Assembly (NCBI GenBank): GCA_017499595.2
Contig: CM039007.1
Location: 1,612,001-1,676,000 of the forward strand
Direction of reading: 5' to 3'
DNA: 64,000 bases
Origin: Psilocybe cubensis
Lineage: Eukaryota
The position numbers and the translations under genes were made by a program. Each line of letters begins with the position of its first letter. Position 1 is the stretch's first letter. Shown here one piece after another: positions 12,872-23,935 of the stretch. Under the pieces are notes generated by a model. That model searched no databases and had not been told where the DNA came from. It worked only from the letters and a program-made list of their open reading frames with translations.

Positions 12872-15800
12872 TCAGGTCCACGTTGTTCCAGGCTTGGTGT
12901 ATAGATTGGCTCTCCAGCCGCCGCCGCACTTCTGTCCAGCGTTTCCTATGCAAAATAAATCCCATTAGCACCGCACATTTGAAAAAAATTAGTTGAAATT
13001 GGTCATAGACTCACCACTGCATGCAACGTTACACTGGCCCGCATCAACCAACACACCCGCTCCGCCATCCTTGTAAATCTGCGAGCCGCAATAACATTCT
13101 TGGCCGTATTCAACCGCCGCCATGATGTATCCGGCACCGTTACAAATGTTCGTGCAAGTCTCCACGGTCAGGGTGTTTGGAAGTGTCACTGAATAGCCAC
13201 GTAGCATGCGACTGTCCGCATCGACGAAGCAGCCCGCCAATGCCCATGCCGAGCTAAAGGGGGGCGTGACTGCGGATTTGGTGTACACGTTCAGCGTCCA
13301 AGAACCGCCACATTTCTGGTTGGAGTCGCCTGAGCAGGTCCATTGGCAATTGCTATTGTCGATGACGAGACCGGATGCTCCGTTGTTCAGCAACGAGTTT
13401 CCACAGAAGCCTGCAAGCAGAGTCGATAAATATTTTTTTGCGACGGTCAACGCGTTGCTATACGTACATTCATTACTGGATAAGGTTGGTTGTATCGAAA
13501 TATAGATTTTTGTCAGAGTGTTGGAAGGTGTCAGAAGTTCCAACATTACTTACCCAGCTTCTACGCCTGCATACTGGTACCCAGAACAAAGTCCTTGACA
13601 AACTTGAGGAGTCATATTAGACTGGGTGTAGCTTGCGCCTGTCAATGCGCGGCGAGATCCAGAGGTGCCTTCGGCCACACATCCAAGGGTATTCCAGCCG
13701 GTTGGAGTGGCAGACGCAGTACTCGAGGTGGAAGTTGATGTAGAAGAAACCCCGGATTTGTAAATGTTAATCCGCCATACACCACCACATGTATCAGCAG
13801 CTATGAAAATAAAACATGGCAAAGCAGAATATCAATGGAAGCGTAGGGAAGTGATAAATGAAGACAGACCATTCCCAACGCAAGGTGTGTTACAATCGCT
13901 TGGATTCGTGGGCGCAGCCCCGTTTCTGATCGTGTTAGAGCAAAAACACTCGTTTCGCGATTCTACTCCGGCATACAGGTAATTCCCAGCTTGACATCTT
14001 GCGAGACATGTTGCAATTGTCATGGTGTTGCTACTAAAGGGCCCATTTTGAGGGAGAACTCTGGGATCCGAGTCCACATAGCATCCTTGATGGGTCCATC
14101 CTGCCGTTGTGGTAGGGGTGGCAGAAGTGCTGGTGCTACTGGTGCTACTAGTGCTAGTGCTGGTACTGGTACTAGTCGACGAAATGGATGAAGAAGAGCT
14201 GCTAGAGCTTGTAGAGGACGTTGGAGGTATAGTTGCGGCTGTAGGAACACGCACATTGAGTTCTCTGGTATTTATGTTTGACATCAACACCTACTAGCTG
14301 ATCCGACCCATGCATTATAGTTGTCTATTTACATTCGTTAGTTATAGGAAAACAGAACAATTCCTTATAGACCTACATCTAACAGGGTTCAGAACATATG
14401 TATAGTCTGAAGGTGTATAATTGATGATGGTCTGGCCATTTCTGATCATCTGCACAGTTATCTTGCCGGCAGCGAGAGGAATCTTGAGCTTGTTAACACC
14501 CGGACTGACGTTGAACGTGCTCGATGAACTGCCGCATCTTAACACGACAGTGGCGGGCGACGTGGCAAACACGGCTGCCCACATCGAGTCCTAAATCCGC
14601 AGAAGCAATCGATCGAAAGTCAGCAATCGGCTACCTTTTCATTTCCACTGCTTTGAGTGGCTTTTGGGGCTTACCTCCGTCCAGTCCCAGCCAGTTGGTT
14701 TCCCGAGGTTATCTCCCGAAGCGGTTGCGCCAGCGGGATGGGGGCGTGCCCAGAAGTAAATCACATCTTGCTAGATGAAGCGAAGGAGGCGGAGATCTAT
14801 GAGTATCGGGCTGGTTCAATAAGGTAGAATAGCAAATAGAGACGTACAGTGATCGCGGGATATGATCCTGTTTTGAATGCCTGGACGTAGTACCCGGTCA
14901 AGTCATACCATGCAGTGTGAGGGTATCCGTTGGCCCAAGTCGTCCCATCTGGTTGTGCGCCTTTAATGGGTCCGTAGCTAGATTTAACCATGTCGGACCC
15001 AAGACGTCATGAAAGCTCTTCGAAAATATACATACTAGCTAGATTCGCCGTAGTCATTCCTAACATTGTATGGTGGACGATCAGACAAGAAAGAGAAGTT
15101 TAAATGAGCCACGTACCAAGTGGCCAACTCGACAAATGTTAATGTTGATCGAAGCTGCATGAGTTGCTCCCATCGGCTAACAACGAGCCAATCATCACCG
15201 CGTAGATAAAAATTCTTCCAGGTGTAATGGGTGCTGGAAAGATAAGAAAAAGTTTTATGATCAGAGCGAGAAGCGGTCGAGAATGTTAAGTTCACTCACT
15301 ACATCCACGGTCCAACTGTCGTGCCGTACTTTGTGCCCAACTGGCTGATATCTAAAGCAAATGATCAAACTCTGCGATAACGAAAGACAGGGGTTAAGTA
15401 AAGTTCCCTACAGAAATTATCATCGTCCATCTGATTTAGAACAGTTCACGGTCAGCATACAACTCATGCATTTAACACTTTACGGACATTTTTAGGATAG
15501 TTTCCTTGGGGCCAAGCGCAGCCCCAGCTAGGCAGTATAGTTGAGCACGCGGCATATCGAGAATAGTTCTATTTTTAGACTACTCACCAATACCAAGAAT
15601 CCAGAGAGGGCCACGACTGAAAGTTGTTTTCAAGACCCCAGATAAAGGGCATGATATATCCATTCGTTTGACTTTTGAGACTCTGCCACCCGTCATTTCC
15701 TAGGCAGCCGCCGGAGAAACTGGAGATGAAGGCCTTGCCGTTGACTTTGAACTGATTGGGGTGGTTATTGTACAGGTTGACTCTGGCTACAAGGTCGGCG

Positions 15801-16454
15801 ACGTTGCAATCCATCTCGGTTAGATCAAATGAGTAAAACAACTTGATTCCAGTATTGGAGTCTCGAGCAGCACTGTACGCAGTAGCGACTTGGTTTCTTT
15901 GCCAGTCCGAGCCACCAATGTTGAGGGCGATAGCGTCGCTATGAATAGCATCAGACGATGTGTCAAGTCATTTTTACTACCCTAAGCTACTCACACCCCT
16001 TTTGCTGCAATCTTGATCATATCGTCGAGCCAATCAGCATAGGTATACGGGAAACTAACAAAAAAATGGGTCAAAATGTTTTTACAGAACACGTACAAAA
16101 AAGCCTACGTGTCTATTTTGAAGAGTTTCAGAAACTGGTTTGAGTCAAGAATAGACATATAACTTTGGTTGAAACTCACTCCCAACAATCTAGAAGATAT
16201 ATTATTTTAAATCGGCGTAAGGATTGAATGTTTAGAAAATTGCTCACATGATGCATGAACACATATTTTGTCCCATCTCTCTTGAACAACTCGGCGGGAT
16301 CATCTCCCTGAGGCTCTGTCCCATTGGTATAGTGACTCCAATTACGCCGACGCCTTATAGTGGAAGAATGAGATCCAGAGTTTTGCTGAAACGCGTTGGT
16401 GGATGAAATAAATAGAGCCGTTAACGACAGGACATTGAGGAGGGTAAGGCGCAT
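12872..16454 (-). CDS. Secreted GH71 alpha-1,3-glucanase (mutanase) with three C-terminal WSC domains
   Basis: Signal peptide MRLTLLNVLSLTALFISSTNA; Kex2-type KR; GH71 motifs KYVFMHHIVGNTFPY..DW, DAIALNIG, FYSFDL, VELATWNDYGES, YPHTAW; three WSC repeats (GCYVDSDPRVL, GCVAEGTSGSRRAL, GCFVDADSRML, each with an ECxCx and a CGG). Confidence 0.93.
14126..14215 (-). repeat. Low-complexity Ser/Thr linker repeat within the GH71-WSC gene
   Basis: Iterated gtgctg/gtgcta/gtactg units on + encoding SSSSSSISSTSTSTSTSTSSTSSTSTS on -. Confidence 0.8.
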
Positions 16455-18517
16455 AGTGTTGAGGTGTAAAGAATGCGGTGAGCGGATTGCTCAGCGTTAT
16501 TTGAACGAATGTGGGGGTCGGGGGTCGGGTTAGAACCAACTTCCGAGAAAGAAACGCGCGAAGCTCTAAAGGCGGGGGGTACTGGCGGAGACGAATCGGA
16601 AAAAAAAAGGAAGCAGAACGTCCCTCTGTTGATGCCTTTAAAAAGAACAACTCAGCGTTCAACCCAACAAAGAACACGCAGGCAGGCATAAATATATGGG
16701 TTGGGCGTCTTGCGGGCAGCGCCGCATTCAGGTACCTCTGCACCCAGCCATGCCCAGCCACTCACCCCTGATGCCTGTTGCAAATTGAGGTATAATGAAT
16801 CGCCGCCAAGAGGCTTTTGTTTGTAGACCCCTTGATAGAGAGAGCTAGCGAGGATCTGTCGGCGACGATAACGGAAAATAGACCAGGCATCCACCAGGAA
16901 CGCCTGAAAAAACTCGAACGAAGGGAAAGAAAGAAAGGCGGTGGAGCTCAACTGGAAGAGCATAAGCATGCTTTGTATGCGGAAGAGAAACTTCGAGGCT
17001 AGCGGCTGGTATCCTTCTAGAAACAGTAATGACAAGCAAATCCATTTCTCGAGGCATCTTGGTTACCTCGAAGCAACTACTTACATAAACCTCCATCATA
17101 CATCTTCGAACAGTGTAATCCTCGAAATCGTCCAATCCTGATCATTCTGATCATTTGCAAAGTACCCAAAGCGCCCTGGATATATAGGAGTTCGTTAGAT
17201 AGCTGATATCCGACCATGGTCGGCAGATATAAGTACTCATTTTGATGCGCTACTGTTCTGCATTAGTACACCGAGGCCACTCCCATCATTCATCAGAAAT
17301 GTGCCTATCCACTCTCGAGCATACCGTATGCGGAAACCTGCATGCACACATGCCGACCCGGATCAGTCACAGTTCAAATTGACATGACAACCTGGAAGAT
17401 AGCTCATTTTTAGGCGCTCGTGTACGTTACGTCTATGCGGAATATTGCTCACCGGGATGAGGAGTAGCAAAGTCATGTATACCGTTTCTGTACAACAGTA
17501 AATAGATTGCTTGTGCGATAAACGAAGATCGAGGAGCAGGCTGTCTAAGTTCGCTTAAATGTTTCTGGCTTTTCGTTAGTGACAAAAACCTAATTATAAC
17601 GATTAATAAAGATTTCATGGTACTGGGTTGACATGTCTACCTTGTGTTCCACTGAAGCTATCTGAAACCGGCACATTTTTAACAGACTACCGCTGCATTA
17701 TTGACCGAATTCTTCACAGTCTGAGCCGACTTATATGGGAAACATCACCAGAAACGATCTAAGCTGTCCCAACTGCATCTCGACTCAAGGTTGTTCCTGC
17801 TCAATTATTTTTGGAATGCCATCGATTCGGAATGAACTTCATTCTTTCAGGTCCAAAGGGATCAGAAAATTCTGATGTAAGTTGCAAAAAAGTTCATAAT
17901 GGCTCCATTTCATTGACATCGAATAAGCTGGTTCTTATGGTTCAATAGTATTAGCAAGACAATTGAATGAATGTGTTGGATGAATAATAATTTATTTTAG
18001 TGTTGGTGGAAAGACAGACCTAGGTACCGACACGGCCTAGAAGGAAGTTGCACCATGTTAAATTGGTGCTCCACCGCTCCAGCTTGGACGCACTGTTGCT
18101 GATAATGACTGGATAGTATAACCAGCAGGCGAGGTATGTATTTACTCACTTGATCATACGGTATTTTGATTGTATTTTGTTACTCCATTTTCACCTCGAC
18201 AGCCGATATGCAGCCAGTGTATCTGTACAACAGTGCTTCCTAGACACAGACTTCCGGCGATGCCAGAGGTACAAAAAAGTACCAGTAAATCATGGCAAGG
18301 CGGATCTCATATGCAGAGAAATAGCACAGAAACACGTATAATTCTTGTAGGTCCGAACTCGAGATCTGGAAAGCACTAGTCAAGCGTCCCGTGTTGGTAT
18401 GAGTCAAAAGAGAGTGCCGATGACTAGATCCACTGGACTGCCTTTTTGCCGAAGTCGGAGATTCAATTATTGAAATTCAGATTCTCAGAAGCATTCGTGA
18501 TTCGACTTCGAGATAGA

Positions 18518-18529
18518 TAACCCTAACCC
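18518..18529 (+). promoter_or_regulatory. Telomere-like TAACCCTAACCC element (possible Tbf1/telo-box site) upstream of the La gene
   Basis: Two tandem TAACCC units ~130 bp upstream of ATG 18657; function inferred only. Confidence 0.35.
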
Positions 18530-18656
18530 CAGATTGATCTCGGTTGTTATCTTCAAGGACAGTGTGATCGAAAAGTTGTAAAAATCTGACTCTCTCTGCT
18601 TCATCTCACTTTTTCATCTTTTTTATTACTTCCTATACCTTTACTTCTTATTTTTT

Positions 18657-20551
18657 ATGGCTGAAGTTTCGGAAAAAACCACCCAGGTCGAGGCCAGCGT
18701 TCCCGAAGTCCCTGTCAGTGCCGTTGAAAGCACGACGGATGCCTCTGCTGCTACGACCTCAGCAGACGCTCCCATGGCTGATGCCAATGTCACGGAAAAG
18801 CAACAAAAGGCAGTGAAGCAGGGTGTGTTGAAATTTTTAGGCATTTTGCCGTACTTTTGCACGAGCTCATAAATACAGTCGAATTCTACTTCGCCGATGC
18901 CAACCTCCCATATGACAAGTACGATTTTCTACTGAGACTCGAGTTAACTTCATTTGTTGATACACCATTACCAGGTTCATGTGGACGTTGTACTCAAAAG
19001 ATCCAGAACACTGGGTTCCAATTCAAACCGTCGCCTCCTTCAAACGCATGCGCGATTTTGTCTCGGAAGGCGTCGAATGGCTCGCTGGCGCAATTAAATC
19101 GTTGAGCACCTTCCTCGAGGTCGACTCTACAGGGACTAAAGTGCGCCGGACTACTGAACCCCAAGAACCCAAGAACCAGTTCGAACGAAGCGTTTACGCT
19201 GTACGTCTTCTTGTTTTGGCTATGTGCTTCAAGCACACGACCCTCACATTATCGTTTTCCTTGTTTCCGTAGAAAGGTTTCCCTGATGAAGATGACACCC
19301 TTCAAGGCCGTCTGGAAGAGTTCTTCGCACAATACGGAGCTGTCGGCGCTGTTCGTATGAGGAGAGACGAGAAGAAGAAGTTCAAGGTGCGTCTGCTTAA
19401 CTTGATGACAGCGACTCATGGCCTGACTCATAACCTAAAGAACTCCGTCTTTGTCGAATTCAATGACTTTGAAAGTGTAGAAAAGTTCCTCAAAGCCGAT
19501 CCCAAACCTTCATACGAAGGAAAAGAGTTGTTGATTATGACCAAGTAAGTTGCTCCCGTTGTGTCTCTTCTGCGACATATGAATTGCTTGCTACCCTCAG
19601 ACACGACTACTGCGAGATGAAGATCAAAGAAAAGGGTTTGACTGGAAAGGGTGCTGCATTCCGACGGGAGCTGATCTCATCCAAGAAATTTGACGCCTTC
19701 CGCGACATGGCGAAAGATAAGGGCACTCCACAGCGTGCTGCTGCTGAGGACAAGAAGGACATCTTCCTCGAGTTCCTCGGTCACAAGCTCCTCATCAAGC
19801 AAGATGAAGATGGTAACGGTACTATCGACGCGAGCGATATACCCTTCGTTAAAGGCGTCACATTGAAGTTTGATGGATGCGGTGGAGACGTTTCATGGGG
19901 TGAAGTCAAGGTATGAACCTTTTATCTCTCACGTCCACTAGATATTGATTTTGACCTTTTCAACTTTACAGGACCCCATCAAAGCCAGGTTCGATGGAAA
20001 GCCCCCATACATCAAGTATGCAAGAGGAGAGAACAGCGGACTAGTTGGATTCTACAAGCCTCTCACAGAAGAGGACATCGAATATGTCAAGACCACAATT
20101 AAAACCATTAACAACCACGAAGTGACCTGGACCCTACCCACAGGCAAGTTCTCTCATCCTTGCAGCCACATTTTTCTTCTGACATTTTCTTCACTCACCA
20201 GAGGAAGAGGAGAAGCAATTCGAAATCGAACGCGCTCAGGCTGCCGCTCGCAATGCCTTTACCCAAAGTACCTCGCGTGACGCTAGTGGACGTGGGGGAC
20301 GTGGCGGTCGTGGTCGTGGGGGACGAGGTGGACGAGGTGGACGCGGTGGCCGAGGGGGGCGCGGTGGGGACAAGTCTCGCAATAACGAGCGGGATAGCAA
20401 AAACCCAGCTGCCACAGCTGAGGAGGCCGTCGGAGAGAAGAGGAAGCGCGGTGTCGAGCCTGACGGTGCCTTCGATGCCGGCATCCGTGGAAAAGTCGCG
20501 CCGCCTACGATCCAGAGCGCAAAGAAGGCCAAGACGGATGGCTCTTCATAG
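18657..20551 (+). CDS. LHP1: La protein (La motif + RRM + C-terminal RGG/basic tail)
   Basis: QVEFYFADANLPYDKFMWTL...WVPIQTVASFKRMR (La motif); ERSVYAKGFP and SVFVEF (RRM); RGG repeats; KRKR/KKAK NLS-like tail; GC-AG intron 20144-20201. Confidence 0.92.
20287..20370 (+). repeat. RGG-box coding repeat in the La protein
   Basis: Iterated GGACGTGGN/GGACGAGGT units encoding GRGGRGGRGRGGRGG... Confidence 0.85.
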
Positions 20552-21563
20552 CCCAATTTTGGTTCATGATGTGTGCCGCGATCCTGTGAGACACGTCAAA
20601 AACTTTGCCGCGTTAGTATTCTGTGGATCGTAAAGCACACTGCCGTCATCGTTTCTCCCATAGCCGAGGAGAGTATCGATTAACTAAACGAAAAAGTGTC
20701 GTACTCGACACATCCAACCCTTCTTTTCTACCCTCTTGTACATCTTTTCTTCTAAATTGTACTTGTAGAACGCATCTGCCTACCCATTGATTTGCATCCG
20801 CTGTCATAAAATTAATTATGTATCTCTTGGCCATTGGTCGTGATGTGAGCACCTTGATTGATATCTTATCGGTCTAGGGGAGGTTATGTGTGAATAACAT
20901 CTTTACCGTAAATTGTTTTGCAGAGGAATCCACGGACATTGACTGAAGGAGAAGGATACCGAATTGCTTTCTCGTGGTAGGCTCGGCTACATGAATACAC
21001 AGGATATTGCAAAGTCTCTGTGCCGCCTGTTACCCGACGCCAGTAACCCCTCAGGCTATGCCGATCCTCCACATCGAAAATTTACTGATTTTTATCTCGT
21101 TGTCACGTAGGTATTGCGCAAAAGGCAGCCTCTTAAACCGGCAAAAGTCCGAGCTGCGGTGGCGAAGATAAGAAAGTTGTGGACAGTTACACATAATCAG
21201 AAATCTATTGGTCCCATTATCCTCGTAAATACAAGTGATTGTTGGTTATGACGGCCTGCGAACGTCCGAGTTACGGCGTCATCCCTAACGTCTGCACCCT
21301 GACGTTGTCCGAGGCTCCGCAACGTGCGATGACAGGCCAGGGCGTCCGTATTGAACCGGTTTCGTCCAAGTTTGGTTGTCGACCACGTTCTAGGGGACGT
21401 ATCTTGTCGGTGGCCGATGTTCCATATAGCAAAAACTGACGCATTGGGACGACAAGCCCAAACTCACGGCGGCGGTTCCCTGGCGGGAAAGCCAGATAAC
21501 GCAAGGCGCGTAAAATGCCATCGCGCCTTCTTGCCGGATACATTGACCATGATAAAAAAAATT

Positions 21564-21969
21564 CTATAGCGTGATATCGGTTCGCAACAGGGAAGGAAGA
21601 AACGGCGATTGTTGTTTGACCGCCATCCTGGGGGTTTCGGTCCATGAAGCAATAGCTATAGAGATCTTGGTTGCATCGCTAGATCACAAAAGAAGGTACA
21701 TTTTCCATTGAATTCGACAAAATTAGCATGAAAAGAACTCAAGTCCCGGAAAAAGGGGTTTACAAGTACCTCTTATGCGCCCTGATTATACACTCTGAGC
21801 CATCATCCTTGAGCCAGAGCAGGTCCAAATAGGTCGATGTTGACGTGACACCGAAGGTTTCCGTCAGGGCGTCTGCGATCGTTTTCCGAATCGCTAATTC
21901 ACTCGCTACAGATGGAGAGACCGACAGGCACAAGTAGTGGGATTCCGTGTTTAACGAAGCAGTGTTCAT
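21564..21969 (-). CDS. Probable RNase P/MRP subunit Pop8-like small protein (2 exons)
   Basis: MNTASLNTESHYLCLSVSP...IRKTIADALTETFGVTSTSTYLDLLWLKDDGSECIIRAHK|SDATKISIAIASW...SPFLPSLL; the AL..FG..t...lDiL....ciiRv pattern is typical of the Pop8/Rpp14 fold. Confidence 0.55.
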
Positions 21970-22510
21970 GAGATCTTTGAGGAGGTTTGAGAAAGTTTGG
22001 TTAATCTTTCAGGTCTCTTTCAGTGGCAAAACAGAAACTATTGAAGGGCTGATGTAAGCAAAATTTATGTAAGGCGCCTGAGCTATGTTCTTTTTGGCTT
22101 TCAAGCTTCCTGTCGAAGTCAGAGATTAGATGGCAGTTGGGCGCTCTGACAAATCACTGTTAATCCATTGTATGGGGTGAATTCTATCTATGTACAAACG
22201 AAAACATGATAAGTACCCAAAACATAGCTGATATAGACATGTGCTAGGCTTGCGTGCTCTAGTATGACGCGAAAAATATCGAACAATGGAGAAAAAGCCG
22301 ATCTAAAGTGATAGTCGCAAGGAATATACAACATATTCTTCGGCGATTATAGATATACAACTTGAAGTTAAACGTTAGATATTGTTAGATACATTGTGAG
22401 TTGAAGTGCGAATGCGATATGTTACAAATGATATAAAGTCCTGTTGATTTTGCGGTGGATCTCCAGGATCTGAAAAGGCGAAAAGGATCATCAAGAACCA
22501 ATTTTCAGTT

Positions 22511-23935
22511 TTATGCTTGCACTTCTTCATCTTCGTGCTTTTCGTGTAGTCCCATATCGCCAACTTCTTTGGCGAATTTTTCGAAGTCTTGATCGATGTC
22601 GTCATCAGAGCCCAGCATTCTGTGAAGTGCCCGTCCAGTTTGGTCGTAGTCACAAGCGAGAGAGTACATCCAGTATGCTAGATATGCTCCTACATGACCC
22701 GCGTCAGAGTCATGGAGTGCAGCAAGGCTCCGTCCTGATGCGGGTTTAACGAGGACAACACCGTCCTGCGACTCGGCAACAGCGAGTTCACGGTTGAAGA
22801 CGTTGTGAATGACGGAGCGAGTACGTGACATTAAGGACGAAGAAGTCGATTCAGAAGAAGAGTTCGAATATGTTGAGACAGCGTCCGAATCTGAAAAATG
22901 ACCGGATACTTCGAATGTCGGGACAGCAAAGGCTTCCCAAGGGACTGTACCAGCACAATCCCAATCTATCACGCCAACAATGTGACCAGTCTCGTCTACT
23001 AGAATATTGTCACTGTGCAAGTCTCCATGCCTCATAGGGAAGGGTCCACGGTCGTCTCGTTCGTCGACAAGGGGCATCATGGCCTTACGCCATAACGAGG
23101 CAACAAATCTACGCTTGAGCTGGGCCGCGTCCGCACTTTCTCCCTCTCCCGCTTCATCATCTAACCCCGCAGCCATCGCAAGCTGTTCATACGCCTCTGC
23201 CTGAATTGCAAAATAGTCTTTGGCGCACTCAAATGGGCCCAGTCCAAAATCTGCCCCTGGACCTACTGAAACTTCCCCCTGAGCGTCAATCACAAAGGAC
23301 CCAATCCGATCGAATGTAATGCGGCTCAATTGTACATGTATGTCGGCCAGATCGTGCAAATAACGTTGTAAAATGGGGCGCTTGCTTTCGTCACCTCCTA
23401 ATGGATCGGAGGCCTCGCCAGTGACATCGTACTCGGACCCCAATTCTTCGATGGAGATCCCACAGTCTTCAATCGTTATACCGGTGATTGCAGTCATTAG
23501 AACAAATGCGGGGAAATCAGGACCCAGTGGGTTGGAAGGAGAGGGATGGGCGTGATATGAAATTATTTCGGGGATTGGGATTGTTGTACGTTGTCGGACG
23601 AGATGAAGAGCCGCTACTTCATTCAATATTTTGCGCTCGAGTTGTGCGGCAGTGTTGAAATAAGCATCCATAGGCCTCATGCCAAACCGAATAATCCATG
23701 ATGTTACGTTGTCGGAAAAAAGGAGTTCAAAGACAACAAAAGATTGACCCCATGTGTAGTGGTCCATGATTCGACAAGAAAGCCGCTGCGGGTGTAATGA
23801 GGTGGCATAGGATTCTATGGATTGATAGTGGGGCTTGAGTTGCTCGACCATAGAAGTCACCCGATTGGCATATTCTGGTTCCATGATCTCGAGCGAGGCT
23901 TCAACATCTGGCCAGTTATCACTGATAGGAGCCAT
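22511..23935 (-). CDS. Intronless APH/choline kinase-like phosphotransferase
   Basis: Single ORF (probable start MAPISDNW at 23935; ORF open to 24103); WIIRF, NEVAALHLVRQRTTIPIPEI, Brenner motif HGDLHSDNILVD, GVIDWD. Confidence 0.85.
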   Translation of the reverse strand: MAPISDNWPDVEASLEIMEPEYANRVTSMVEQLKPHYQSIESYATSLHPQRLSCRIMDHYTWGQSFVVFELLFSDNVTSWIIRFGMRPMDAYFNTAAQLERKILNEVAALHLVRQRTTIPIPEIISYHAHPSPSNPLGPDFPAFVLMTAITGITIEDCGISIEELGSEYDVTGEASDPLGGDESKRPILQRYLHDLADIHVQLSRITFDRIGSFVIDAQGEVSVGPGADFGLGPFECAKDYFAIQAEAYEQLAMAAGLDDEAGEGESADAAQLKRRFVASLWRKAMMPLVDERDDRGPFPMRHGDLHSDNILVDETGHIVGVIDWDCAGTVPWEAFAVPTFEVSGHFSDSDAVSTYSNSSSESTSSSLMSRTRSVIHNVFNRELAVAESQDGVVLVKPASGRSLAALHDSDAGHVGAYLAYWMYSLACDYDQTGRALHRMLGSDDDIDQDFEKFAKEVGDMGLHEKHEDEEVQA

